The notes under the pieces: generated by a model
Database searches by the model: none
What the model was told of the DNA's origin: nothing
Seen by the model: only the letters and a program-made list of their open reading frames with translations
Part shown: one piece after another, positions 1 to 9,668 of the stretch
Position numbering within the stretch: position 1 is the first letter of the stretch
How the letters are laid out: every line of letters starts with the position of its first letter
Assembly (NCBI GenBank): GCA_030614005.1
Contig: JAUWKS010000022.1
Location: 18,239-50,238 of the forward strand
DNA length: 32,000 nucleotides
DNA from: Candidatus Heimdallarchaeota archaeon
Lineage (GTDB): Archaea; Asgardarchaeota; Heimdallarchaeia; JABLTI01
Direction: 5' to 3'
Program-made: the position numbers and the translations under genes

Positions 1-9
1 GTAAAGGTA

Positions 10-828
10 ATGAACAAATCTACAAACGATTTTTTCAGATTGGCTCTTGAAAAAATCAAAATTGGCGAATATGACGAAGCAATAGCTATTTGTGATAAGG
101 TTATCACTAAAAACTATCCTGTTTATAGCATAACAAATACTAATTCGTTTGATATAAGTGAATGGGAATTTTTTGATGATATTTCATTGTGTGAAAAAAG
201 TATCAGTAAAGATAAAGACTGCTACAAAGGATTTCTTGCTTTAAGTATACTCTTTAAAATTGCTGGTAATGTAGATCGAAGGCAAATATTTCTTAAAAAA
301 GCAGTAGATATAGATATCACCGTTAATAGAGTTTGGCGAGATTTTGGAGAGACTTCTTTTCAACAAGGAAATGTTCGTGATGCTTTACAAAAGTTTCAGG
401 AGGCAATTTCACTAGATCAAAATGATGTTGTTTCATTTGAGGGAGTTGGTCTCTGTTATTATTATTTAGACGAACCTTTCAAATCATTAACACCTTTGAA
501 GAGAGCATTAACAATAGATCCAATAAATCATGCCATAATGAATAATCTGGCTTTCATTTTATCTGAAATTGGCGATCTTAATGATGCTATGAATATAATA
601 AAGAAAGCAATTGAACTTTGTAGTACAAGCAATGTTTACTGGGATACTTATGCAACAATCTTATTTCTGCAAGATAGACATGAAGAATCATTAGAAATAT
701 TTGAAAGAATTATTGACAATAATCCTAAAGATTGGGAAATTTCCTGGGATATTCTAACCAGTATCTATAATACATTAGGTCTTCACGTTAAGGCAAAGAT
801 AATAGAAGAAAAACTGCATCTGAAATAA
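10..828 (+). CDS. Tetratricopeptide-repeat (TPR) protein
   Basis: Repeated TPR-like helical pairs (WRDFGETSFQQGNVRDALQKFQEAISLD; FEGVGLCYYYLDEPFKSLTPLKRALTIDP; MNNLAFILSEIGDLNDAMNIIKKAIEL). Confidence 0.9.
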   Translation: MNKSTNDFFRLALEKIKIGEYDEAIAICDKVITKNYPVYSITNTNSFDISEWEFFDDISLCEKSISKDKDCYKGFLALSILFKIAGNVDRRQIFLKKAVDIDITVNRVWRDFGETSFQQGNVRDALQKFQEAISLDQNDVVSFEGVGLCYYYLDEPFKSLTPLKRALTIDPINHAIMNNLAFILSEIGDLNDAMNIIKKAIELCSTSNVYWDTYATILFLQDRHEESLEIFERIIDNNPKDWEISWDILTSIYNTLGLHVKAKIIEEKLHLK

Positions 829-844
829 CTTTTCTCTGTCTGTT

Positions 845-1243
845 CTAAAAAGTTAAAGTATTATTACATTCAGACATTTTTACTAAAGCAGTATGTAGTG
901 AAACTATTTCAATTCCAGGAACTAAATCCTCATTTTTCATTCCTACCATTGTTAGAGAGCTTTTACAAGACATAACGTTTCCACCGAAAGAAATCAACCC
1001 ATCAAGAAGTTCCTCTGGAGTGAAATTAATATCATCAGATTCCTCTTTTTCAGGTGTATCTTCATCTGGTTTTTTTGCTATTTTGACAGATTCTTGCAAT
1101 AATAGAATGAAAACATCAAATTCTTCCATTAATAGAGTAAGAGCAACTCTTAACCCACCAATAATTTTGTTACGATGAATAGGATTATCCGGAGAATCAG
1201 TAAAAATAATATAATATTTTGGTGGAAAATTTTTCATTGCCAT
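845..1243 (-). CDS. DsrE/DsrF-like family protein
   Basis: 132 aa; N-terminal strand-loop-helix (IIFTDSPD...GLRVALTL), FLLLQESVKIA and the Cys motif VMSCKSSL..VG, C-terminal 'TLTF', all typical of DsrE/F/YchN folds. Confidence 0.8.
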   Translation of the reverse strand: MAMKNFPPKYYIIFTDSPDNPIHRNKIIGGLRVALTLLMEEFDVFILLLQESVKIAKKPDEDTPEKEESDDINFTPEELLDGLISFGGNVMSCKSSLTMVGMKNEDLVPGIEIVSLHTALVKMSECNNTLTF

Positions 1244-1531
1244 AATTTAAACATCTCTTATACAAGAGATAAACGGGAAATGGTCTTTTAAAATAATTGT
1301 GCTATTACATATTTTTAGTTATTTTTTTTTTTTATGAACGAAAATTTGTATTCTATTTTTGCAAAAATGGTTAATTACAACCAATTCTCTATTAAATGTA
1401 GAAACATTTGTTCAAGTAAGTTAAATTTATCCAATGATGGTATTATTGGTAAAAATAAAAAATGATATATTATAGTACACAAGAACAGTATATTTGTAAC
1501 CAGTATGTATATTCAAACAGGAGTTAGAACC

Positions 1532-1804
1532 GTGAAAATAGTAAAATCAGCACAAGCAGGCTCATTGGAATCTTGTGATATATTGATCTCTGTTGATCCT
1601 GCCAAGGAGGGCTCGGGTATTAAAATCAATCTCGAATCCCCAGCAAAAACACAATTTGGTGATTTAATTCTTTCAGAGATTAAGGAAGTAGCAGACAGAC
1701 TTGAAATTACAGATGTAAAAATCACTGCTATCGATAAAGGGGCTCTCGGCTATTGTATAAAAGCAAGAGCAGAAACAGCATTGAGAAGAGGAGCAGGAGA
1801 GTAA
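1532..1804 (+). CDS. citD: Citrate lyase acyl carrier protein (gamma subunit)
   Basis: GTG at 1532 follows a CAGGAG SD; MKIVKSAQAGSLESCD places Ser at position 14, the prosthetic-group site of CitD (AGTLESxD motif); C-terminal DKGALxxxIKARAETA. The ORF track start at 1505 is probably too far upstream. Confidence 0.93.
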   Translation: MKIVKSAQAGSLESCDILISVDPAKEGSGIKINLESPAKTQFGDLILSEIKEVADRLEITDVKITAIDKGALGYCIKARAETALRRGAGE

Positions 1805-1810
1805 AAATAG

Positions 1811-2725
1811 ATGTCCAAGAAATCAACAAAAAGAATTGATGATACTCCAGTGAATCGCTTAAGAAGAACGAGATTATATATACCTGGAAATAATCCAGCA
1901 ATGGTTCAAAATGCAGTAGTTTATGGTGCAGATTCACTTATTTTTGATTTAGAGGATTCAATTTCACTTGACGAAAAAGATTCAGCAAGACATTTGATAA
2001 GCAATGCTCTCCTCACTTTAGACTTTGAAGATTGTGAAGTAACAGTAAGGGTTAATTCGTTAGATACAGAATATTTTATCAAAGATTTGGAAGCAGTTGT
2101 TCCTGCAAAACCTGATGGACTACTCTTACCAAAAACACAGTCTTTTGATGAATTAATTCGAGTAGACAATCTCATTTCGGATATTGAGGAGAAATATGAT
2201 ATCCCAATTGGTACGGTAAAATTAATGCCAATAATCGAATCAGCGAAAGGAGTACTCAATGCAGAAAAAATTGCTGAAGCACCTCGAGTTATTGCACTAG
2301 GATTAGGTGGAGAAGATTTAGTAGCAGATATTGGCGCGAAAAGGACCAAGCTTGGTAGAGAATTAGATTATATTTCAGCTAAAATTATTTTAGCTTGTGC
2401 AGTAAGTAAAATTCAAGCAATAGATACAGTATTCACTGATGTTAATGATACAGAAGGACTTTACGAAGCAACTTTACGAGCAATTGAACTAGGATTCCAA
2501 GGAAAGAGTGTAATCCATCCAAGTCAAATTGAACATGTGCATAGAGCTTTTTCTCCGTCTCAAGAGGAAATTGAAAGAGCACTAAGAATAGTAAAGGCAT
2601 ACAAAGATGCAAAGAAAAAGGGACTTGGTGTTGTCTCAGTTGATGGTCGAATGGTTGACCTTCCGGTAGTCAGACGCTCTGAGAAAATTCTCAAATGGGC
2701 AGAAGCAAGCCAACATAAAATCTAA
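1811..2725 (+). CDS. citE: Citrate lyase beta subunit (citryl-ACP lyase, HpcH/HpaI family)
   Basis: RRTRLYIPGNN, FDLEDSI, LGGEDLVADIG, GFQGKSVIHPSQI and VDGRMVDLP motifs; lies between citD and citF. Confidence 0.93.
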   Translation: MSKKSTKRIDDTPVNRLRRTRLYIPGNNPAMVQNAVVYGADSLIFDLEDSISLDEKDSARHLISNALLTLDFEDCEVTVRVNSLDTEYFIKDLEAVVPAKPDGLLLPKTQSFDELIRVDNLISDIEEKYDIPIGTVKLMPIIESAKGVLNAEKIAEAPRVIALGLGGEDLVADIGAKRTKLGRELDYISAKIILACAVSKIQAIDTVFTDVNDTEGLYEATLRAIELGFQGKSVIHPSQIEHVHRAFSPSQEEIERALRIVKAYKDAKKKGLGVVSVDGRMVDLPVVRRSEKILKWAEASQHKI

Positions 2726-2744
2726 ACAATATGAGGGATTAAAA

Positions 2745-4295
2745 TTGAAATTCGTTAAAAATAAAGTTGGAAGGTCTATTCCAGAAGAATTGAATGGCAA
2801 GAAATTAATACCTTTTACTGGTAAAGGGAAAGGTCCGTATAAAGAGAGAAAATATGCTCCTAAAATAAGGAGAACATCACCGGGAGATGGTAAAGTACTA
2901 AAATCTTTACGAGAAGCAATCAAAAAAGGTGGGTTAACAAATGGAGGAACAATTTCATTTCATCACCACTTCAGAAATGGCGATTTTTTGTTAAACATGG
3001 TTTGTCATGAAATTGCTAAAATGGGTTTAAAAGATATAAGATTAGTGCCATCATCAATTCAACCTATAAACAATGAACTCTTACCATATCTCGAAAAAGG
3101 AATTATCACTCACATTAATTGTGGAACGTCAGGAAAAATAGCTGATGCAATATCTCGAGGGAAGATGGATGGGTTATTAACAATTAGATCGCATGGAGGT
3201 CGTGCAAGGTCAATTGAAAATGGTGATGTGGAAATTGACATTGCTTTTATTGCTTCACCTACAAGTGATGAATACGGAAATATCAATGGAGTTCACGGTA
3301 AATATGCTTGCGGTTCTTTGGGATACGCGATGCCTGATGCCCATTTTGCAAACTTTGTTGTAGCTGTTACCAACACTCTTGTTCCATTTCCAAACAACCC
3401 AATAAGTATAACTCAAGATCATGTGGATTGCATTGTTCTATTAAAAAAACCAATTGGAGATCCAGCAGGTATTGTTTCTACAACTCTGCGCGTTACTCGC
3501 AACCCAAAAAATCTCAAAATTGCTCGAGATAGTATTGAAGTGATTAAGGCATCGGGGTTGCTTAAAGAAGGGCTTTCATATCAAAGTGGAGCAGGAGGAA
3601 CTGCTCTTGCAGCTACTCAATATTTAAGTGAATATATGAAAGCTAAGGGAATAAAAGGTTCTTTTGGAATGGGTGGCGCAACTGAAGCTCTTGTGAAAAT
3701 GTTGGAAGATGGACTTTTTGAAGCAGTATTAGATGTCCAAAGTTTTGACACCTATGCAGTTCAATCATTATTGAATAATCCAAAACATATAGAGATGGGA
3801 GCAAGTCAATATGCAAATCCTTTATCTTCAGGTTGCGCTGTTAATTTGCTTGATACAGTAATTTTAGGTTGTACTGAAATTGATACCAAATTCAATGTAA
3901 ATACTTCCACAGAATCAGATGGAAGAATTATGCATGGCATGGGCGGGCATCAAGATACTTCAGAAGGAGCAAAATTAACAATTATAGCAGCTCCTTTACT
4001 TAGAGGAAGAATTCCAATAGTCGTTGATGATGTAGTTTCAGTTAATTCTCCCGGAGAAAACATCGATGTTGTTGTTACAGAAAGAGGAATTGCAGTTAAT
4101 CCAGAGTCTCAATATTTTGAATTACTGACAAAGGCTAAGAATCTCAATATTAAAAGCATTGAAGATTTGAAGAAGGAAGCAGAAAAACTCATTGGTGGAA
4201 AGCCAAAGAAACCAAAAGTAACAGATCGTATTGTTGCAATAATTGAGTACCGAGATGGATCTGTTTTAGATGTTATTTATCAAATTAAAAACTAG
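2745..4295 (+). CDS. citF: Citrate lyase alpha subunit (citrate CoA/ACP transferase)
   Basis: TISFHHHFRNGD, RSHGGRARSI, CGSLGYA, QSGAGG, GGHQDTS and VVTERGIAVNP motifs; 516 aa; TTG start. Confidence 0.95.
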   Translation: MKFVKNKVGRSIPEELNGKKLIPFTGKGKGPYKERKYAPKIRRTSPGDGKVLKSLREAIKKGGLTNGGTISFHHHFRNGDFLLNMVCHEIAKMGLKDIRLVPSSIQPINNELLPYLEKGIITHINCGTSGKIADAISRGKMDGLLTIRSHGGRARSIENGDVEIDIAFIASPTSDEYGNINGVHGKYACGSLGYAMPDAHFANFVVAVTNTLVPFPNNPISITQDHVDCIVLLKKPIGDPAGIVSTTLRVTRNPKNLKIARDSIEVIKASGLLKEGLSYQSGAGGTALAATQYLSEYMKAKGIKGSFGMGGATEALVKMLEDGLFEAVLDVQSFDTYAVQSLLNNPKHIEMGASQYANPLSSGCAVNLLDTVILGCTEIDTKFNVNTSTESDGRIMHGMGGHQDTSEGAKLTIIAAPLLRGRIPIVVDDVVSVNSPGENIDVVVTERGIAVNPESQYFELLTKAKNLNIKSIEDLKKEAEKLIGGKPKKPKVTDRIVAIIEYRDGSVLDVIYQIKN

Positions 4296-4303
4296 TTAAA
4301 TAA

Positions 4304-4345
4304 TTATTGAGAAATACTTTTCTCAATAAACGCCTTTTTTTCTTT
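4304..4345 (+). terminator. Terminator-like inverted repeat after citF
   Basis: Perfect 11-bp stem TTATTGAGAAA (4304-4314) / TTTCTCAATAA (4319-4329) with a 4-nt loop, followed by a T-rich run. Confidence 0.6.
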
Positions 4346-4447
4346 AATGGTATTTGTCTGCTTAAAATAATTCTAGCATGTAAAGACATCTTTATATTGG
4401 ATTACAGTTGTCTTTATCTTGAATAAATAAAAGGGGAATTTTTACCG

Positions 4448-4705
4448 ATGCCATTTATGACAAATAAAAAGAAACAGTTATTGAAAGTATTAATACTAGC
4501 AACTGCTCTTATACCAATTTATGTCATCTTTATGGCTATCTTTCAAGATCTTGTTGGACTTTCAGTTTTTACCTCAATCTACTCAACGATGATGCTTGGT
4601 ATCTGGATTTTATATTATTTTGATGCTTTTGATAAAAATCCAACCATAAAGAATACCAATGGTAAATTAGCTTTAAATAATGAAGAATCTTTGAAACCAA
4701 ATTAA
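4448..4705 (+). CDS. Small hypothetical membrane protein (2 TM)
   Basis: 85 aa, basic N-terminus and two hydrophobic segments; GGGGA SD upstream. Confidence 0.6.
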   Translation: MPFMTNKKKQLLKVLILATALIPIYVIFMAIFQDLVGLSVFTSIYSTMMLGIWILYYFDAFDKNPTIKNTNGKLALNNEESLKPN

Positions 4706-4835
4706 GTTTCAAATATTAACAAGAATTTTTCTCAATTAAACACAGTTTTTTTTGACTGTTACAAGTGATTTTTTAATTAGTATATCCAAACATTAAAAAC
4801 GTTCAATCTGAATTAAAAGTTAAAGTAGAAATGAA

Positions 4836-6812
4836 TTGCTTTTCGAGGTGGACAATATCACAGTAACTGAAAGAAAAACCACTCAACAGGATACTACACT
4901 GACTAAACAACAGAAAGAAATAAGAGATATTCCTGATTCGCATATTAAATGGTTAATTCAACAAATATTCAAGCAAAAATTCAGCACTATTTATGTTATT
5001 GTTGCATCTATTCTGTCTATTTGTTTAAACATGACTCGCCCTATACTAATGGGTTTCCTCTTCGACAAGCTAGATTATTGGTACGATTATCATGCAGAAT
5101 TTGGTATTGACCCACCATTAACATTATACCTTTCTAAAATTTGGTTAAATGGTGAAATAGTCATTTACATGTCATTAATTTTAATTTTAGGGATAATTGC
5201 TTTTACAATAAATATTTCACTTGGAATACTAAATGAACGAGTTGCCCAGAGGACTGAAAGAGATATTCGTAATGATTTTTTTGCGTCTGTGCAAAGCAAA
5301 TCCATGGCATTCCATAATACAACTAAAGTTGGAGAACTTATGTCACAAGCAACTTTTGATGTAAGAATGATCAATGTAACAATTTCTCCAGGTTTGCGTA
5401 TGATTACTCAAGCATTTTTAACTGCAAGTATTGCTATAAGCTTGACTTTCTATTACAGTTGGAAAATTGGTTTAGTTCTAATTGCAATGTTACCGTTCTA
5501 TATTTGGGCTGTCAGAAATTACTCAAGAAATATAAAACCGCTAACTGAAAAGGTTCAAACCCAATTTGGTATTAGTAATGCTCTCTTACTAGAAAATGTT
5601 TCAGGCATAAGAGTTGTCAGAGCATTTACAGCTGAAAAATATGAATATAAACGATTTTCAAAAGAAATTGATACACTCAGAGATGATATTATCAACAGAG
5701 GAAAACGACAAGCTCTCTATCTTGCACCTCTCGTTCTCTCAATAACTATTTCCATTTCCCTAGGGTTGAGTGTTCTTTTTATTCGGCAAGGACAAATGAC
5801 CGTAGGAAATGCAATAGCAATCAATGGTTCTCTCATTCAATTATATGAACCTACATTTATGCTTTCTTGGGTTGTTTATTTAACAAATATGGGTCTTGCT
5901 GGCGCTAAAAGAATATTAGGAACAATGAAAGAAGAAACAATAATACTGGAAAAACCTGATGCCAAAGAAGTAGAGAATGTAACTGGTAAAGTTGAATATC
6001 ATAATGTAAGTTTCAGTTATCACAAGCTTAGAAAGAAAGCTGATAATAATAAAATTAAAGAAAAGATGAAAAAAGTTAGAAATACTTTGCAAGAAATTAC
6101 TTTCTCTGCAGAACCAGGAGAAATCATAGCAATTTTAGGTCCGACAGGTTGTGGAAAATCAACTATCACTAAATTATTAGCTAGAATGTACGACCCAGAT
6201 TCTGGTGAAATATTAATTGATGGAAATAATATAAAAGATGTTACAATTGAATCATTACGGAAAAACATCGGTGTAATAGAACAAGATGTCTTTCTCTTTT
6301 CAACTACTATAAAAGAGAATATTGCTTACGGTGTAAATAGAGATGTCTCAGATGAAGAAGTAATTGAATTTGCTAAAGCTGCGCAAGCTCATGAATTCAT
6401 TCTCTCATTTGACGATGGTTATGATACTCTTATCGGAGAAAGAGGTGTAACTCTCTCTGGTGGGCAAAAACAGCGGATTGCTATTGCACGGGCCTTTTTA
6501 GCAGATCCTAGAATACTCATTCTCGATGATTCTGCATCAGCTATTGATGCTGAAACAGAAGAGAAAATTCAAATTGCAATGGACAATCTCCTGCAAAACC
6601 GAACTGTGTTTATAATAACACACCGTCTTTCTACAATAAAACGGGCAAACAAAATTATCGTTATGAGAAAAGGACAAATTGTTTCTCAAGGAAGTCACAA
6701 TCAACTCCTGAAAACAAGCGAAGATTATCGTCGAGTGTTTGGTCGTCATTTAGATCTTCCACCAATTGAAGCAATTACTACAGAGGAGTTAGCTGCAGGA
6801 GGAACAAAATAA
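4836..6812 (+). CDS. ABC exporter, fused TMD-NBD, heterodimer subunit 1 (degenerate Walker B)
   Basis: 6-TM domain plus GPTGCGKST, LSGGQKQR, ILDDSASAID (Asp in place of the catalytic Glu) and THRL. The start codon is uncertain. Confidence 0.93.
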   Translation: MLFEVDNITVTERKTTQQDTTLTKQQKEIRDIPDSHIKWLIQQIFKQKFSTIYVIVASILSICLNMTRPILMGFLFDKLDYWYDYHAEFGIDPPLTLYLSKIWLNGEIVIYMSLILILGIIAFTINISLGILNERVAQRTERDIRNDFFASVQSKSMAFHNTTKVGELMSQATFDVRMINVTISPGLRMITQAFLTASIAISLTFYYSWKIGLVLIAMLPFYIWAVRNYSRNIKPLTEKVQTQFGISNALLLENVSGIRVVRAFTAEKYEYKRFSKEIDTLRDDIINRGKRQALYLAPLVLSITISISLGLSVLFIRQGQMTVGNAIAINGSLIQLYEPTFMLSWVVYLTNMGLAGAKRILGTMKEETIILEKPDAKEVENVTGKVEYHNVSFSYHKLRKKADNNKIKEKMKKVRNTLQEITFSAEPGEIIAILGPTGCGKSTITKLLARMYDPDSGEILIDGNNIKDVTIESLRKNIGVIEQDVFLFSTTIKENIAYGVNRDVSDEEVIEFAKAAQAHEFILSFDDGYDTLIGERGVTLSGGQKQRIAIARAFLADPRILILDDSASAIDAETEEKIQIAMDNLLQNRTVFIITHRLSTIKRANKIIVMRKGQIVSQGSHNQLLKTSEDYRRVFGRHLDLPPIEAITTEELAAGGTK

Positions 6813-8617
6813 TGTCTTGGTTCGGTGTCGGAAGAAGTGAAGAGGAAGATGAAACAATATTCTCAGATAGAGAACTAACTGTGAAAATGTTCAAGTATAT
6901 TTCTCCTTACAAGAAAGCAATTATTGTTACAACAATTATTATTGTTATTAATACAGTTCTAAGCCTTTTACCTCCATTGATTATCAGTTTATTACTTGAT
7001 AGAGCAGTAATGGAAGGAGTAAATCAAGATGCATGGATAATAATTGGTTTAGTCGGGACAAATATTGTACTCAATATTCTTCTGTGGTTATTAGGAGAAT
7101 ATCTTAGAGTTGTTATTACAATCAAAACTGTTAGCAAATCAACAAGGAATTTACGTATGGATATGTTTCAAAAATTGCAGAATCATGACTTTAGATTCTA
7201 TGACACTCATATAACGGGTAAGATTATGTCTCGAGTAATGAATGATACCGACACACTTCGAGATACACTGTCATTTATCACACAATTAATTGGAAATGTT
7301 CTCCTAATCTTCGCATCTGCAGGAATACTACTTTATCTTAATTGGAAACTTGCTTTGGTTTCATTAGCAATGACTCCCGTAGTATTCTTAGTTATGGCTA
7401 TTTATCGGAGAATAGTAAGAAGAACTATGCTCAACTGGAGAAAAACCGTTGCAGCAGTAAACGCTGCTATGGGCGAAAGTATTGCTGGAATCTCTGTAAG
7501 CAAATCATTCTCTCGAGAGAAGAAGAACCTTGAAGATTTTAAGAAAATCAACGAAGAAAACTTTAAAGCTTCATATATGCGTGCGCTAACCTTTGCAACA
7601 ATGTGGCCAATTATTGGATTCTTACAAGTAATAGTTCTTATAGCACTTTTAACATATGGTGGGCACCTTTCAATAATGGGATTAGAATTGACCTCAGGAC
7701 AGCTTTATGCGTTCACGCTCTACCTATGGAGATTTTTCTTCCCACTAACTCAAGTAGCAAACTTTTATTCACAATATCAAGCTGGATTAGCAGCAATGGG
7801 AAGAATATTTGGCTTAATGGAAATCGAGTCAGAAGTGAAGCAAATTAATGAACCAATAATCTTACCCGAATTTAAAGGGGAAATTGAATTCAAAAATATG
7901 GATTTCTGGTACAATGAGAAAGAACCGGTGTTCAAGAATTTCTCCCTCAAAATAAAAGCAGGAGAAAAAATAGCTATTGTAGGGCAAACAGGGGCAGGCA
8001 AGACTACTCTGGCATCTCTTATTGCTCGATTCTACGAGATTAAAGGAGGTCAAATCTTAATCGATGGAGTGGATATGCGTAATTTACACATTCAGTGGTA
8101 TCGTCAACAAGTTGCTCTTGTCCTTCAAGATAGCTTTTTGTTTTCTGGCTCTATAAAAGAAAATATCAAATTTGGCAGAATTTGGGATGACCCCACTGAT
8201 AAAGAAATCTTTGCTGCTGCGGAAGCAGTACAAGCAACTGAATTTATCGAAGACTTCCCTGAGGGTTATGAAACTGATGTTCTTGAACGTGGTAAAAGAT
8301 TGTCTACTGGACAAAGACAGTTAGTGACCTTCGCTCGAGCATTGCTCGCGGATTCAAAGATTTTGATATTAGACGAAGCAACAGCTAGCGTTGATGCCTA
8401 TACAGAAGCAATGATCCAAGATGCTCTTGAAACCATTATGGAGAATCGAACTTCAATTGTTATTGCACATAGATTATCAACAATAAAAAATGTAGACAAA
8501 ATCATAATGATAGAGAATGGTGAAATTGTTGAAATGGGTAATCATGACCAGCTCCTCAAAAAGAAAGGAAAATATGCTGATCTCTATGAAACCTACTTTA
8601 AACATCAGTCACTTTAA
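6812..8617 (+). CDS. ABC exporter, fused TMD-NBD, heterodimer subunit 2
   Basis: GQTGAGKTT, non-consensus signature LSTGQRQL, ILDEATASVD and AHRL. Its ATG overlaps the upstream TAA (TAATG at 6810-6814) with a GGAGG SD, which suggests translational coupling. Confidence 0.94.
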   Translation: MSWFGVGRSEEEDETIFSDRELTVKMFKYISPYKKAIIVTTIIIVINTVLSLLPPLIISLLLDRAVMEGVNQDAWIIIGLVGTNIVLNILLWLLGEYLRVVITIKTVSKSTRNLRMDMFQKLQNHDFRFYDTHITGKIMSRVMNDTDTLRDTLSFITQLIGNVLLIFASAGILLYLNWKLALVSLAMTPVVFLVMAIYRRIVRRTMLNWRKTVAAVNAAMGESIAGISVSKSFSREKKNLEDFKKINEENFKASYMRALTFATMWPIIGFLQVIVLIALLTYGGHLSIMGLELTSGQLYAFTLYLWRFFFPLTQVANFYSQYQAGLAAMGRIFGLMEIESEVKQINEPIILPEFKGEIEFKNMDFWYNEKEPVFKNFSLKIKAGEKIAIVGQTGAGKTTLASLIARFYEIKGGQILIDGVDMRNLHIQWYRQQVALVLQDSFLFSGSIKENIKFGRIWDDPTDKEIFAAAEAVQATEFIEDFPEGYETDVLERGKRLSTGQRQLVTFARALLADSKILILDEATASVDAYTEAMIQDALETIMENRTSIVIAHRLSTIKNVDKIIMIENGEIVEMGNHDQLLKKKGKYADLYETYFKHQSL

Positions 8618-8654
8618 TTTCTCTTTTTTCTTTTTATTTTTTTTATATATTTTG

Positions 8655-9605
8655 TTAAACCCAAAACATAATGAAGAAGCCTATTACTTCAACTCCTATA
8701 CATGTTGAAACAATGTTAAACACTAGTATATCGGTTTCCCAGTTTTTCTTCCACAGCAGTATGAAAGCACCTAAACCTATTAACAATGATAAACCGATTG
8801 TTATCATAGATGCCCAAATATTGAGATCATACAATAAGAAAACTGTTAGTAATAAACCTTCAATCAGCAAAATACTTATCCAGTAAAATATTGTTGCAAG
8901 CTTCTTTCCAAGAAAGACAGCGAAATTTATTCTTCCGTGTTTAACATCATGTTCAAAATCAGGCAACTCATTTGCTATGTGCGCGGGAAAGCTTACTAAG
9001 ACTACTATTGGCATGACCCACAAAAGTTTCAAATCAAATCCACCAAAGGTTATCCAAACGTAGGTGGGAATTAAAGGAAACCCAAACATATAGGGAATAA
9101 CACTTATCGGTTTATGTTTGGCATATACATTGTAAAAAATACCTACTAGATTTCCTGCTTGAATAAAGAGAACCCCCCAAAAGCTTGTTATCGACCAGAA
9201 TCCCACTCCAATGGAAAATCCTATAGATAATATAAAACAAGCTACTCCAAACCAAAATGCAAAGGTTGCGGTTACCCAACCATCATTAATAGCTTTACTT
9301 TTATTATATAATGAATCAATTTCTCTGTCAATGTAATCATTCTGTATTCCTAAAAAAGCTTGCTGAAAGAAAATAGCTAGTGTGAAAAAAATCAAAGGAG
9401 CTATTGGAATCGTTCCATTTGAGATATTTTGAAATAATGTACTAAAAGTATCGTCGCCTTTCAGCGTCAAAATAGCTACACATACGCCAATAATGGTTCC
9501 TATAATTACAGGGAGAAAATGTATTAATCTAATTGCACCAATGAAACCTTTCACTAATTTGAATCGATTATTGCTATAGGTGGTAATGTCTGACACGATA
9601 GTCAC
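8655..9605 (-). CDS. UbiA-family prenyltransferase
   Basis: Polytopic membrane protein with both Asp-rich motifs: QNDYIDREID and ANELPDFEHD..HG. Confidence 0.88.
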   Translation of the reverse strand: MTIVSDITTYSNNRFKLVKGFIGAIRLIHFLPVIIGTIIGVCVAILTLKGDDTFSTLFQNISNGTIPIAPLIFFTLAIFFQQAFLGIQNDYIDREIDSLYNKSKAINDGWVTATFAFWFGVACFILSIGFSIGVGFWSITSFWGVLFIQAGNLVGIFYNVYAKHKPISVIPYMFGFPLIPTYVWITFGGFDLKLLWVMPIVVLVSFPAHIANELPDFEHDVKHGRINFAVFLGKKLATIFYWISILLIEGLLLTVFLLYDLNIWASMITIGLSLLIGLGAFILLWKKNWETDILVFNIVSTCIGVEVIGFFIMFWV

Positions 9606-9668
9606 TAAATTGAGTACGAATAACTAGTATTTGAATTTTTACAGTTTGAAAATAAAGGAGCTAAATTC

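Noticed and set aside
1322-1333. T12 homopolymer between the DsrE-like gene and citD
   Set aside because: Non-coding and compatible with an ordinary oligo-T tract; there is no evidence of phase variation.
1513-2923. Antisense ORFs over citDEF (1513-1725, 1728-1937, 1921-2349, 2636-2923)
   Set aside because: Shadow ORFs of well-supported genes, with no motifs.
5165-8886. Short alternative-frame and antisense ORFs inside the ABC and UbiA genes
   Set aside because: Fully overlapped by confident CDSs and lacking protein-like features.
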